A stretch of 64,000 nucleotides of DNA from a virus: positions 23,407 to 87,406 of the IMG/VR virus record IMGVR_UViG_3300023118_000001. The stretch is one strand, 5' to 3'. The notes under the pieces were generated by a model. The model searched no databases. It saw only the letters and a program-made list of their open reading frames with translations, and was not told the origin of the DNA. Made by a program: the position numbers and the translations under genes. Of the stretch, positions 46,766 to 57,224 are shown in pieces. The stretch's first letter is position 1. Every line of letters starts with the position of its first letter.

Positions 46766-48870
46766 TAGGCGCTCTCTGCCATGTCACGCTGGAGGGCCCA
46801 GCGTGGGATGTTTGCTGATACCAGTGCGCGGGCCAGGCCCGGCGGCACCGAGTTGCCCACCATGCGAACCTGTGCATGCTTGGGTAATTTCTTTCCGGTG
46901 GACGGCACGATGAACTCGTGGATGTAGTCGGCCGGGAAACCCTGGCAGCGGTACAGTTCGTGCGGCTCCAGCATTCGCATGCCGATGTCGACGATCTGAT
47001 AGTCCTGCCCCTTGATAGTGACCAGACCGAAGCGCGCCTTGGCGGTGATGGTGTCCAGCGGCTCGTCGCAGCTAACCGCGCCTCCGGTGCCGTAGAACTT
47101 GATCATGAAGGCCTGCACCGCGGCGTAGTGGTTGCCCTGGGCACCGATGGTGTCCAGTGGGCGGTCCAATGCCTGTCCGTGCTGGCAGGTGCCTTTGAGT
47201 TTGATCAGGCTGCTGGCCACGACGGCGGACTTGCCGCCACCACCTGCAGTGATCACACCCAGCGGTTCATCCGCCGCATGCCCGACGCTGTTGCCGAAGT
47301 CGCGCTGGATGTGGGCCACTTCAATGGCTTCGTCCAGGTCGTGCTCGGCCAGCGTGCATTCCAGCACCGCGTTGTGGTCAGTAGCTGTGATGGTAGGCAG
47401 CGGCTTGTCCAGTGTCTGGCCTACGACCCCGGTGTAATGCTTGAGCAGTGCGGCGACCTGAATGTGCCGCGCCTTGCTGGTCACCACCGACAATGGCTCG
47501 TCCAAAGAGCGCGAGGTATCCCCGGTGCTCTGGTGGTCGATGGTGGCGATGCAACCTGCCTGCATAAGCGGCTGCAGTGTGGTTTCCAGCACGCCGAGGG
47601 CGTGAGGTGCACCAGCGGGGCGGGCTGCACCGCCGCCGGCTGTGATGCAGGGCAGCGGGGTGTTCATGCTACTGCCACCCGACTCGCCGCGGAACTTCAT
47701 CACCGCTGCAGCGGACAGCTGCGCTTCCACCACACCGAAGCGGGTGGCGCCGGCCATGACGGTGTCGATCGGTGCATCCGCTGCCTGGCCTACGCTGTTC
47801 TGGTTGAACTTGGTCAGCGATACCGCCGCGAGCCCCGTGCCCAGCTTGCTGGTGATGGTCTGGATCGGCTCGTCCAGCGACTGCCCACGGAACTGGTCGT
47901 AGGCGTGGTTGGTTTTCACCAGGAACGCATCGTCGCCTGCGCCGATAACAAATTTCTGGATGCCTTTGAAGATGCGGGCCAGGGTCTTCTCGGCCAGCGG
48001 CTTCTTGCGGTCGAAGATCGACGGGCAGGGAAGGCTGAAGTCGAGGTTGTCACCGGCCGTCTTCCACGGCTGCAGCTTGCCCGGGTGGGCTCGCATGAAC
48101 TTCTTGTCAGCGTGGGTAGGCTCAGGCCAGATGATTGGCAGCCCGTCCTTGCGGGCCATCAGGAAGAAGCGGTTGCGGGTGGTGGGGTCGCCGTAGTCGC
48201 AGGCGTTCAGCCCCTTGTCGCGCCACTCCACCTGATAACCTGCTTCACGCAGCTGGCGAACGAACTGCCTGAAGGTTTTGCCGGCGCGCTTCTTGTCCGG
48301 CACCAGCGCCTGGTCCCAGTAGCGGACCTGCTCACCCGGTTCGCTGACCACCTCGTTCATCACGGGGTCACCGTTCTTGTCCTTCTTGACCGGGTCAGCC
48401 ACCAGTTTGATCACCCGCTTGGTGACCTTGCAGCGCTTGGCGATCAGCGGGCCCCAGCCGGTGAATTCCTTCACGTTCTCCATGAAGACCATGGCCATGT
48501 CGGACTGACCGACCCACTTCTTCACGATCCAGGCCAGGCCACGGATGACCTTCTTCACCGGCTTGCCGCCCTTGGCGACAGAGAAGTGAGTGCAGTCGGG
48601 GCTGAACCAGCCCATCAAAGCCGGCTGGCGATTCGTTGCTTGGCGGATGTTGATTTCCCACACCGACTCGTTGAAGTGCTGAGTGGTCGGGTGGTTTTTC
48701 TCGTGCATCATCAGCGCTTCGGCGTTGTGATTCACTGCGATGTCGGGGGAGAAGCCATTGGCTTGGGCGATGCCGGTGGATGCACCACCGCCGCCTGCAA
48801 AGTTGTCGACGACCAGGCCGCCGAGCCAGCGATACCCGGCGGGCACCGGGTACATGTTGATGTCTTGCAT
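46765..48870 (-). CDS. dcm: C5 DNA cytosine methyltransferase with long repetitive variable region
   Basis: DNFAGGGG (motif I), SPDC (IV), ENV (VI), RNR (VIII), RML.P.E....QGFP (IX), GNSV (X). Confidence 0.92.
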   Translation of the reverse strand: MQDINMYPVPAGYRWLGGLVVDNFAGGGGASTGIAQANGFSPDIAVNHNAEALMMHEKNHPTTQHFNESVWEINIRQATNRQPALMGWFSPDCTHFSVAKGGKPVKKVIRGLAWIVKKWVGQSDMAMVFMENVKEFTGWGPLIAKRCKVTKRVIKLVADPVKKDKNGDPVMNEVVSEPGEQVRYWDQALVPDKKRAGKTFRQFVRQLREAGYQVEWRDKGLNACDYGDPTTRNRFFLMARKDGLPIIWPEPTHADKKFMRAHPGKLQPWKTAGDNLDFSLPCPSIFDRKKPLAEKTLARIFKGIQKFVIGAGDDAFLVKTNHAYDQFRGQSLDEPIQTITSKLGTGLAAVSLTKFNQNSVGQAADAPIDTVMAGATRFGVVEAQLSAAAVMKFRGESGGSSMNTPLPCITAGGGAARPAGAPHALGVLETTLQPLMQAGCIATIDHQSTGDTSRSLDEPLSVVTSKARHIQVAALLKHYTGVVGQTLDKPLPTITATDHNAVLECTLAEHDLDEAIEVAHIQRDFGNSVGHAADEPLGVITAGGGGKSAVVASSLIKLKGTCQHGQALDRPLDTIGAQGNHYAAVQAFMIKFYGTGGAVSCDEPLDTITAKARFGLVTIKGQDYQIVDIGMRMLEPHELYRCQGFPADYIHEFIVPSTGKKLPKHAQVRMVGNSVPPGLARALVSANIPRWALQRDMAESA

Positions 48871-48910
48871 CAAAAATCCTTAGGCGCCACGGGGCGTCCT
48901 TGTCGTGTGG

Positions 48911-51900
48911 TTAAATTCCGATTTCTTTCAGCCAGACCACCACGATCTGTCTGATGTCCTCAGCTTTAAGATCCCAGGTTGTCAGGTGTTCCACCAGTCG
49001 GTCAGCCAGGCTGTCTTTATCAGCCAGTGAAAGCAGTTCGTACCAGACCAAGCCGTCCCAGTCGTCCGGGCTTTCACGGTGCATGGTGACGATGTACTCC
49101 AGCGCCAGTTCCGCGGCCAGACCGAAGTCACCCAGTTCCGGCACCGGCACCCGCATCACGTCGCCTTCCGGCACCAAGTCAGGCTTCTCGTTGCACACCA
49201 CCATGGCTGCCGTCAGGCAGACCAAGTCAGCCTTGTCGACCTCGCGTTCGTTCAGGATCATAGTGCACCTCGTTGAATCGTGCACGCAGATACCTCGCCA
49301 AGTGGCGAAGTATCCTATGCAATTGGGTTGGATGGCTAGGGGTATTTACAGCCAGCTTCGGATGATGTCGATGACGCTGCGGCCCTTCTTGGTACTGGGC
49401 GGTGCGCTGTGGGAAGTGCTGATCTGTACACGGCAGCCGGTTGGGCTCCACTGCCACGCCTCGCGAAGCATCAGTGCAGTGACGATGTTCTTGGGCATGA
49501 CCATCGGCCCGCTGGTGGCCTCGTCGTAGCGCAGCAGTGATGGGCCGTGCTCTTTCAGCATGGCGTCCAGCGTCTCGATCTGCTTGAGCGCCGACGCCTG
49601 GATGCACTCGACAGCGTCCCTTCGGATTTCCTGCAAGCGTTCCTCGTTCATTTATAAAACCTCGCCTTTGGAAAGCGCTCCAGCACTTTCAGCTTCGCGT
49701 CACGGCGGGTGACGCCCCGGACAAACATCTCGATGTGCACCAGGTCGTCGCCGACCTCGCCGTAGTACCAGGCCCGGTACATCCAGCCGGTGCGCGGCGT
49801 TGCGCAGCCCCAGTAGGTGCCACTCTTGTCGCAGTAGGCGCCGCACGGCGACATCTTCAGCAGTGACAGGTGCAGCGTGCCGCTGAAGTCGTCAGGTGCC
49901 TCGTGGGTGCTACTCATGCCCATCGGCGCGCCGCGACTCATGTTGCGCATCGTCAGCGCTTCAGGCTGCTTGGACTTGGGGTAGGTCTGTGTTTGCATTT
50001 CAGCTCCGAGGAACGGGGGTTGGGTCTTTCTCTGGCAGTGCGATCACTGCGTGGTTGTAGGACTTGAAGCCGCACTGCTGAGCAGCGGCCTCAAGGGATT
50101 TGAAGTGGTTCAGGGGCTCACCCTTGGCCCGCGCCTCGCGGCGCAGGTTGCGGGCAATCTGTAGAACCCTGGCCACCGAACGGGCGGGCTCAGACATCGT
50201 CACCTCCTAGCGCCTTGAAGGCTTCCTCGTAGCTGCTGTAACCAGCCAGCTGTGCGGTTTGTTCCAGTGCTTGGCGGTGGGTCATGTCGACGCCGGCCAG
50301 GCGCGCTGCCTTCTTGGCCTTGTTCGCCACCCGCTTGATGCCCCGCAGGGTCAAGGCCAGACCGTTCGATTTCATTCGGGCCTCCCTTTCGTTTGAAGAA
50401 GTGAAAAAAATTTTTGTGAATTTTCGGAATTGGTCATAGTCAGCCTCTATAACCTCCGTCCATTGTTCTGGTGGCTCTCTATCACCCGGATCAATAGTGC
50501 GGGTCATCCGGGTGTTGGGGTTAACGAAGAACCGCATCGTTGGTCACCGACCAGTCGCCGTAGTAGTTACCGTCGAAGAACACCATGTCGCCGTCCATCT
50601 GGATCAGCTGCTCGGTGTAGGTGTCGCCGGTGTAGGTGACCACCACGATGCCGTCCTTCTTGAGGATGATCGCGTCACCGCTGGGATGGACGTGGCCATC
50701 CACACTGTCGGCCGCGAAGCCGTGGTCTTCCATCTCCTCGTCCTTGTCGACCCGGCCGTGGAACAACTTCAACTGCAGCTGGTGACCGTCGAACTCCGGC
50801 CGGATCAGCACGCTGTCGGGCTGGACACGCAGGGAGCAGAAGGGGTCATGCCCCTCGCTGCCCAGGCGCAGGCTGCTGCAGTAGGTCACTGCCACGTAGT
50901 TGCCGCGTTTCAGTTCCACTTCCATCATGGGCTGGAGCGCGTTAAACAGTTTACATTTGGCTGCTAAGTTCATGCTTTTCCACCGTTTGCCAGGAATTTA
51001 CCGATTCTAACTTTGGCGCCGTGCACGGTCGGAACCGGCCGGGCCTTGTCACCTTCATACCGCTGCACGCTGACTTCCTCGCACCGTTTGGTGCGATTCC
51101 AGCAGGTGTGGATGAACCCACCGCGGTAGCCGAAGGTATGGAACGTGTCTTTATCGTCCATGGTCAGTCCTCGAGGAGCAGCGTGACGCCGTGGCGCGAC
51201 CCGCCCAGGCCACTGCGGCACAGTTCACATTCCTGCCAGCTGAACTCGTCGTAGCCAGAGCCTTCCGGGTCATCCTCGGTCGGCGCTACGCCGTGGACGA
51301 AGTGACCTTTGCGGCCGCCCAGCTCCCGTTCTACGCCGTCTTCACAGGCGTCGTAGTCCGCAAGATCAGCGTCTCCGATGTACAGCGAGCAGTCCTCGCA
51401 GACGCTGTACTCAATGGTGTCGACGACGCTCACGAGAACACCTGCCCGACCACCACCGTCTCCATGTCCTTGCTGATGCTGATGACCACGCCGTGGAAGG
51501 CCGACTGCCCTGCCACGCCGCCCCAGCCACCCTTGTCCAGCGCGCCGTCGTGCTGGACCCTGGTGAACTCGTCGAAGTCCCACACGTTACCCTTGAAGCG
51601 GAAGCCGTTGAAGTCGGCCTGCTGGTCCTCGGTTTCGATATGGTCGAGTTCTTTCTGCTCGGCCTCCGTCAAATCGCTCCAGCCGACCACCGGCCGTGGC
51701 TGCAGGTTGGTCTTGACGACCGTCCCGTCTAACAATTTCTTCTGTGGCATGAGAGGAACTCCTAGGGGTGTTTGCTCTGCGCCATGATGATGCTGACGCA
51801 GGTGTCAGTGAACAGGCATGCCTGGCCGATGGGAGCCGTCAGCTTCCAGATCTCGGCCGGCGTGTAACGCAGGTTGGTGTAGGGGTTTTTGCCTACGAGG

Positions 51901-52117
51901 TCATCGTCGCTGAGGAGGATGGCTCCCGGCACCCATGCGGTGAAATCTGTTCTAACCATTCTTGAACGCTCCGGCGCGTCACGATCGGGCATTGCTGCTT
52001 GCGGTCGGCCATGCGCATGGCTTTGATGAAGGTGTGGCACTCGCCTTGGGTGCCTTGGTAGGCCTGTGCCCAACCTGTGGATAACTTGACCATGACGCGG
52101 TGTTGCTTGTGCTTCAT
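48911..52117 (-). other. small early hypothetical genes (48911-49261, 49346-49651, 49648-49998, 50000-50197, 50190-50537, 50521-50973, 50970-51161, 51164-51433, 51430-51750, 51893-52117)
   Basis: tightly coupled ORFs with RBSs; 50000 and 50190 share a H.. (S/A)LE..AQ..G(F/Y).SY motif. Confidence 0.6.
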
Positions 52118-52788
52118 ACCCGGTCACCTTCCTCAGTGAACTCGACCTCGTTGGCTACCAGGCTTTCTTCCACAGCCTCGTCGCTGGTCAGGTAGTCGTA
52201 GGACTTCTCCAGCTGGCTGTAAATCCAGTCCATGAAGTCGCGGAGCAGCTGGCTGACGTCTTCTTCGGCGTCACCGATGTCGCGATAGGTGTGTTCACAG
52301 TCGGTCACCTCGATGCCGGTGCAGCCGCTGTGCTGGTAATGGCCGTATTGTTTGACCGTCGCCTCCAGCCGGTAGAAGTGTCGACGCTGGACGTCCTGCA
52401 GGCCCTTGCAGATGCGCTGCAGTTCGGCGTTGCCTTCCTGAATCACCCACACACCGTCCTGCTGGAAGTCCTGATGTTTGGCCGGCGCCGCTGCCTTCAG
52501 TGCCTTCAGCGCGCCTTTCTTGTAGCTGTAGGTGCCTTCAAAACAGGCGCCGTCACCCTGGCTGCTGAAGCCACTGAAAAAGATGGCTGGCCGGCCACTG
52601 CCTCGGCGATCGCCAATCTCGATGCCCATGATGCCGGCCATCATGACCGCGTCGTCGTAGACGGCGTCCCACCATTCGTGGTCGGTGTTCCAGTCGTAGT
52701 TCTTTTCTATGGCGCGCTTCTTCGCCTCGTCGCTCAGCTGATCGAACTTGAAAACCGGTGTCTCGATAGTGCGGTGTGAAGTACCCAT
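52114..52788 (-). CDS. conserved hypothetical phage/MGE protein
   Basis: F.FDQLSDEAK.RA, FSGFSSQGDGACFEG, WIY.QLE..YDYLTSDE..E....N..EF motifs. Confidence 0.7.
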   Translation of the reverse strand: MGTSHRTIETPVFKFDQLSDEAKKRAIEKNYDWNTDHEWWDAVYDDAVMMAGIMGIEIGDRRGSGRPAIFFSGFSSQGDGACFEGTYSYKKGALKALKAAAPAKHQDFQQDGVWVIQEGNAELQRICKGLQDVQRRHFYRLEATVKQYGHYQHSGCTGIEVTDCEHTYRDIGDAEEDVSQLLRDFMDWIYSQLEKSYDYLTSDEAVEESLVANEVEFTEEGDRV

Positions 52789-52826
52789 AGTTGTCTCCGT
52801 TTTGCTATTTCAGATGGCTCAAGTGA

Positions 52827-52849
52827 CAGGGCACTCAGCGAGTGCCCTG
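52827..52849. terminator. GC hairpin in intergenic region
   Basis: CAGGGCACTC-AGC-GAGTGCCCTG. Confidence 0.5.
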
Positions 52850-52856
52850 CCTTGAA

Positions 52857-54353
52857 TCAGCTGTCCATCGGCACATCGCCCATGCACACCGAAACAATCG
52901 GCTCGCCGTTGCCGTTGTAGACGCCGAGCAAGGCCGTCTTCCACTCGCTGGTCTCGGGGATGCTGGTGCCGTCTTCGTCGGTGAGCAGCATGTACTTGCC
53001 GTGTGGCAGCTGTTTCATCAGCGCCATGTTGCCGCCTCCTGTGGTGTACTCGACGAAGCCGTACTCCTTGGGGCTGACCTCGAACCGGCCGCAGTCGGAC
53101 AAGAACGGGTTGCGAATCTGCATGCCCCCTTCTTCGAAGGTCAGGGCGTCCGGGACGTAGGGCACCTTTACCGTGGTGCCACTGGGCAGGTAAAGGGTAA
53201 CAACGCGCTTAAAGTAGGACATCGGCTGCCTCCTTCCGGCTGCTGATCCAGTTGAAAATCCGCCGCAACACATAGCTGCGGATCATGCTGACGATGGTGA
53301 AGATGGCGACGATCGCCATGTTGCTGTGCAGCGGCAGGTCATACCCGAACAGCGGGAAGACCACGGCCTGTACCAGCACCGAGAGCCAGAAGCCCACCAG
53401 CATGTTGATCGTCGTTTCCACCAGGCTGCCGAGACGGCTCTGGCTCATTGCTCCTCCAGTTTGGTGGCAGCCACGATCTCGGCGATCAGGGCTGGGTGGG
53501 CGAAGTAGTTGCCGTTGACGCGGATCACCTGGCGGCTCGGCACCTGGGTGGTGACGTACTTAACTTTCTTCATCGGCCGCCATGGTCGGCTGAACAGCCG
53601 CTCCGACCAGGTGCGCGGCACCTCTTCGGTGCTGGCCTCGGTCATCAGGGGGTTTTCGATGAATCGTTCACCTTTGATAAAGATGTGAGGTTCGTGGGCT
53701 GCCATCAGGCCTCCTTGTACTTAGATTGCAGGCGGTAGGGGATCGGGACGCCTGGGTAGCGCCATATCTTCTTGGGTGGTCGGCTCGATCCGTACATGCC
53801 GTAGTAGCTGGCCATTAGGATCGCTCCTTGAATTCACGGATCAGCTGGCGCAGCGTGACCACCGAGGACACACCGTCCATGTCGGGGATCATGTCGCCGG
53901 CCATGCCGTCCAGCTCGCTGATGGCGCGCTCAGCTGCCTCGACCATGTCCCGCTCGAACGACGGCTGGATGGACAGATCGACTTTGATGCCGCCCACGTC
54001 GAAGACGCAGGCGCTGTCCGGCTCGCCGTCGGCGATACGCGGCTGGAAGTAGCCCTCGGCCACCGACTGCGCGATGAAGCGCGGCAGTGTGCCCAGCTTC
54101 ACCTCCACGTCGGTGGTCCAGGTGACCCGGACGGTTTCGGTTTGGTAACTCATGGCGTGTCCTCGAACTCGGCGCCGTGCACCTCGCTCAGATGCCGCTT
54201 GGCCTCAGCTAGCGTTGCGAAGGCGTTGCAGGCGGTGCCGTTGTGGAAGGTCGCCCACGGCTTGGATGGCGACCAGTCGGGGTCGTAAGTGGCGCGGTGC
54301 GCACCGCACTTGCTGCGCACCGTGTCACCGGGTTTAAGTTTTGACAGGGTCAT
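52857..54353 (-). other. small early genes (52857-53222, 53209-53448 two-TM membrane protein, 53445-53705, 53815-54153, 54150-54353)
   Basis: coupled ORFs; 53209-53448 begins MSQSRLGSLVE..N..VGF, a common phage 2-TM family. Confidence 0.6.
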
Positions 54354-55296
54354 CGACAGGCTCCCAGGTGAAGCATCCGGTGGATTCGATGGCCGCCTTG
54401 AACTCGGCCACCATGGCGGGCAGTCGCGCCTCCAGCAGTGCTGTCAGCTCGTCCTTGGGCAGCGACAGCTGCTCGTCGGTGGCGTCTGGCCAGATGCCGC
54501 AGCTGCGGGCGGCGGCGAAGTCGCGCTCCTTGCCCTCGCTGCGGCCGGTGACGATCTTGATCACCTTGATGTTGCTCTCGTACTTAATGAGGGCAGCGGC
54601 GAACTCTTCGGCCTCGGCGCGGCTATCGAACGGCGCCTTGTACCAATCGCCAGTCCAGTCATCGAAGCTGTACTTGGGCGAGAACTTGTAGTCGGAGCTG
54701 CCTGGCCTGGCCACGTAAGGCACCTCGACCACGTCGAAGTTCTTGCGCTGTGGGTTGGACTTCGGCGTGTCTGCGCGGTGATCCAGCGCCGCTATCAGCC
54801 ATGACAAAAAGCCTCGCTCCTTGATGCTGAAGGTGATCGGGAAGTCGCCGAACTGCAGACGCTCGGTCCAGCTGTTCGGCTCGCCTTTGAGGCGGCCGTT
54901 GTGATCCCGGTTCGAGGCGTGGAACACCGTGTTGGCCACGTAGTGCATCGGGCTGTCGCTCGACATGAGATGCCACTTGATCAGGTGCTTCAGCTCCGGG
55001 AAGACTGCGGCGATTTCGTCGTGGACACAGCCGCAGAAGTCCCAGTCACGGGCCTTCCACTTGTCGTACCAGCCGTGGCCGATCACCGCGAAGCTGTTGT
55101 GCCCGTTCTTGCAGTTGTCGTCGAAGCGGACCTCGGCGTGCATCAGGATCTTTTCGCCCTTGACCGTCTTGGTGCGGCGCTCGCTGACCCACTTCTGGTG
55201 CATGAACAAGCCGGGCTTGCCGTCGCGGCCACCCTTGCCCCATGGGATGACGGTGAGCGTGCCAGGCACGCCGCACAAAGTTGCTTTGGTTTCCAT
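54334..55296 (-). CDS. hypothetical protein, paralog of 55313-55849
   Basis: shares TLCG.PG.L, HL.KWHL....PM.Y..NT, L..RLP motifs with neighbour. Confidence 0.7.
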   Translation of the reverse strand: METKATLCGVPGTLTVIPWGKGGRDGKPGLFMHQKWVSERRTKTVKGEKILMHAEVRFDDNCKNGHNSFAVIGHGWYDKWKARDWDFCGCVHDEIAAVFPELKHLIKWHLMSSDSPMHYVANTVFHASNRDHNGRLKGEPNSWTERLQFGDFPITFSIKERGFLSWLIAALDHRADTPKSNPQRKNFDVVEVPYVARPGSSDYKFSPKYSFDDWTGDWYKAPFDSRAEAEEFAAALIKYESNIKVIKIVTGRSEGKERDFAAARSCGIWPDATDEQLSLPKDELTALLEARLPAMVAEFKAAIESTGCFTWEPVDDPVKT

Positions 55297-55312
55297 TGCT
55301 GAGTCCTTTTGG

Positions 55313-55849
55313 TTACGGGTGAAGTTTCAGGCCGGTAGCGGCCAGATCGTCACGGAATTTCTGTTGAAGGGCTGGGAGGCGCTCACGCAAGGCCACCTCC
55401 AGATAGACCGGTGCACCGAGCATTAAATGCTCCGGCGCGTCCAGCCATAGCGCTGTTTTTCGAGCCAGCTCCAGATCCCCCACCGCCGCTCGGTAAAGGG
55501 TGTTCTCGATGTAGTACATCGGCACGCCGTCTGCACAGAGGTGCCACTTCACCAGGTGTGCGATCTCGGGCCAGAATTTGACGGCCTCCTCAATGCCCAG
55601 TGGGCCGCTGACCCCGTCGAAGTTGTAGCGCATGCTGAAGTGGTTGGCCTTGTTGCTGGGGTGACCTCGCTCATAAGCGATGCAGATGTCAAAACGGCCG
55701 CCTTCCTTCTTGAACTCGCGGCTGGCGAAGAACTCCTGACGCTCCCACAGGCCGTCGGCGCCGGCCACTTGAATCAGGTGGCCCGGGATGCCGCACAGGG
55801 TGTGCGGCTTGGCCTTGCTGATGTCGCTGCTTTTCATCCAGTAGTTCAT
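55313..55849 (-). CDS. hypothetical protein, paralog of 54334-55296
   Basis: same shared motifs; GGAG RBS. Confidence 0.7.
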   Translation of the reverse strand: MNYWMKSSDISKAKPHTLCGIPGHLIQVAGADGLWERQEFFASREFKKEGGRFDICIAYERGHPSNKANHFSMRYNFDGVSGPLGIEEAVKFWPEIAHLVKWHLCADGVPMYYIENTLYRAAVGDLELARKTALWLDAPEHLMLGAPVYLEVALRERLPALQQKFRDDLAATGLKLHP

Positions 55850-55852
55850 CCC

Positions 55853-56209
55853 CTACTCCTCCATGAACAGGAAATAGGCGTAGACGCTCTCTTGGCCGTC
55901 CTCGCTGTCTTCCTCGAGGTCCATGAACATTGGCGTCTGGTCGTCGCCACCTTCAGCGGTCAAGGCCAGCTCGCTCACCGCCAGCCGCGCCGCAGCGAAC
56001 CAGACCTCGTCGTCTTCCTGAGGTGTGTCGCTGCCCATCACCGGGCCGTTGTTCAGCTCGCTGATCAGTTCGGCCTTGAGTTCACCGAAGGTCATGCCGC
56101 GGTGCACGGTGACTTGGATGTGCGGCGTTGGATGGCCGCCCCAAAAGCTTGGCAGACAGGTGTCGATGTGGTGCGCAGCCAGCCGCACACCCTGTTTCAT
56201 TCGTTCCAT
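55853..56209 (-). CDS. acidic hypothetical protein
   Basis: GAGGA RBS; Asp/Glu-rich. Confidence 0.6.
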   Translation of the reverse strand: MERMKQGVRLAAHHIDTCLPSFWGGHPTPHIQVTVHRGMTFGELKAELISELNNGPVMGSDTPQEDDEVWFAAARLAVSELALTAEGGDDQTPMFMDLEEDSEDGQESVYAYFLFMEE

Positions 56210-56241
56210 TACTCAGTCCTCATGTGGTTCAGTCGATTCGA

Positions 56242-56270
56242 AAATATGCCCCGGCATCCGGGGCATATTT
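56242..56270 (-). terminator. terminator downstream of YadA-like gene
   Basis: 13-bp stem AAATATGCCCCGG/CCGGGGCATATTT, 3-nt loop. Confidence 0.7.
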
Positions 56271-56281
56271 GCAAAGCGCTG

Positions 56282-57160
56282 TTACTTGAAGCGATAGGTG
56301 CCGCTGACCACGCCGCCAGTCACACTGGAGGAGGAAGTCAGGGCGGCGTTCAGGAAGACATTTTCAGAGACCGCGCCGCCGACACCAATGGCCAGGGCCT
56401 GAGCCCCGCCGATGGTTGCCGCCGATACCGCCGCTTGGAAGCCACATTCCTGGCCAGTGCAGAACTGTTGACCGGCGACCGCCAGTGCAGCGGCTGCCAT
56501 GTTCTTGGCTTCTTTGATGTCACGGCTGTTCTTGTTGATCTGCGATTGCTGGCTGTCAAGCCGGCCGCCCAGGCGCTGGTCCATGTCGGTGGCGTAGTTC
56601 TGCAGGTCTTGGATCTGCCCGTCCTGACGAATATTGGTCGTGGTCGAGGTGTTGATCTGCGTCTGCTGCGCCGCGTTGACGTCGTTGATGGTTGCGATAT
56701 CGCCGCGCACCGCCTTCACCGCACCGTTGGTTTCACGGATACCGGCTTCGGCGCCGTCGAGGCGCACCGCGTTGTTGATGGAGCGGTTATCGGTCACCGT
56801 GGCGCGCTGCTCAATGCCATCGGCTCGCACCGCACCGGCATCGGCCTTCTCGTTGGCGATTTGCGCCGCCTGCTGGGCCCCGGTAGCGGTTTGCTGCGCG
56901 GTGTTGGCTTTCTGGTCCACGGCCTTGATCTGGCCCTGCACCTGATTGTTCACACCGTTCTGCGTGTTGACGTTTTTGGTGATCTGCCCCTGCAGGTTCT
57001 TGTCGGCGTCGGCGCGGATACCGGCTTCGGCTTTCAGTTCGCCCTTGGTGGCGTGGTTTTTACCGTTGTCATCGTGATGACCCCAGCCCGTGGCCGAAGC
57101 CCCGCAGGAGACGAAGGCAGCGGCCATGGCCAAGGCCAGGAAGACGTTTTTCGATTGCAT
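56282..57160 (-). CDS. YadA-like trimeric autotransporter
   Basis: Sec signal (MQSKNVFLALAMAAAFVSCGASA), N/Q/A-rich coiled-coil stalk, AAAALA linker, four beta-strand anchor (QALAIGVG..VSENVFLNA..YRF). Confidence 0.85.
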   Translation of the reverse strand: MQSKNVFLALAMAAAFVSCGASATGWGHHDDNGKNHATKGELKAEAGIRADADKNLQGQITKNVNTQNGVNNQVQGQIKAVDQKANTAQQTATGAQQAAQIANEKADAGAVRADGIEQRATVTDNRSINNAVRLDGAEAGIRETNGAVKAVRGDIATINDVNAAQQTQINTSTTTNIRQDGQIQDLQNYATDMDQRLGGRLDSQQSQINKNSRDIKEAKNMAAAALAVAGQQFCTGQECGFQAAVSAATIGGAQALAIGVGGAVSENVFLNAALTSSSSVTGGVVSGTYRFK

Positions 57161-57192
57161 GTGTTGCTCCATAATGGTCAGGTTTTTGTTGA

Positions 57193-57224
57193 TACAGCGG
57201 GTGGTACAGCGGGTGGTACAGCGG
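57193..57224. repeat. 12-bp tandem repeat upstream of YadA-like gene
   Basis: TACAGCGGGTGG x2 + TACAGCGG. Confidence 0.8.

Noticed and set aside
57193-57224. CRISPR-like array
   Set aside because: Only about 2.7 contiguous 12-bp units, no spacers
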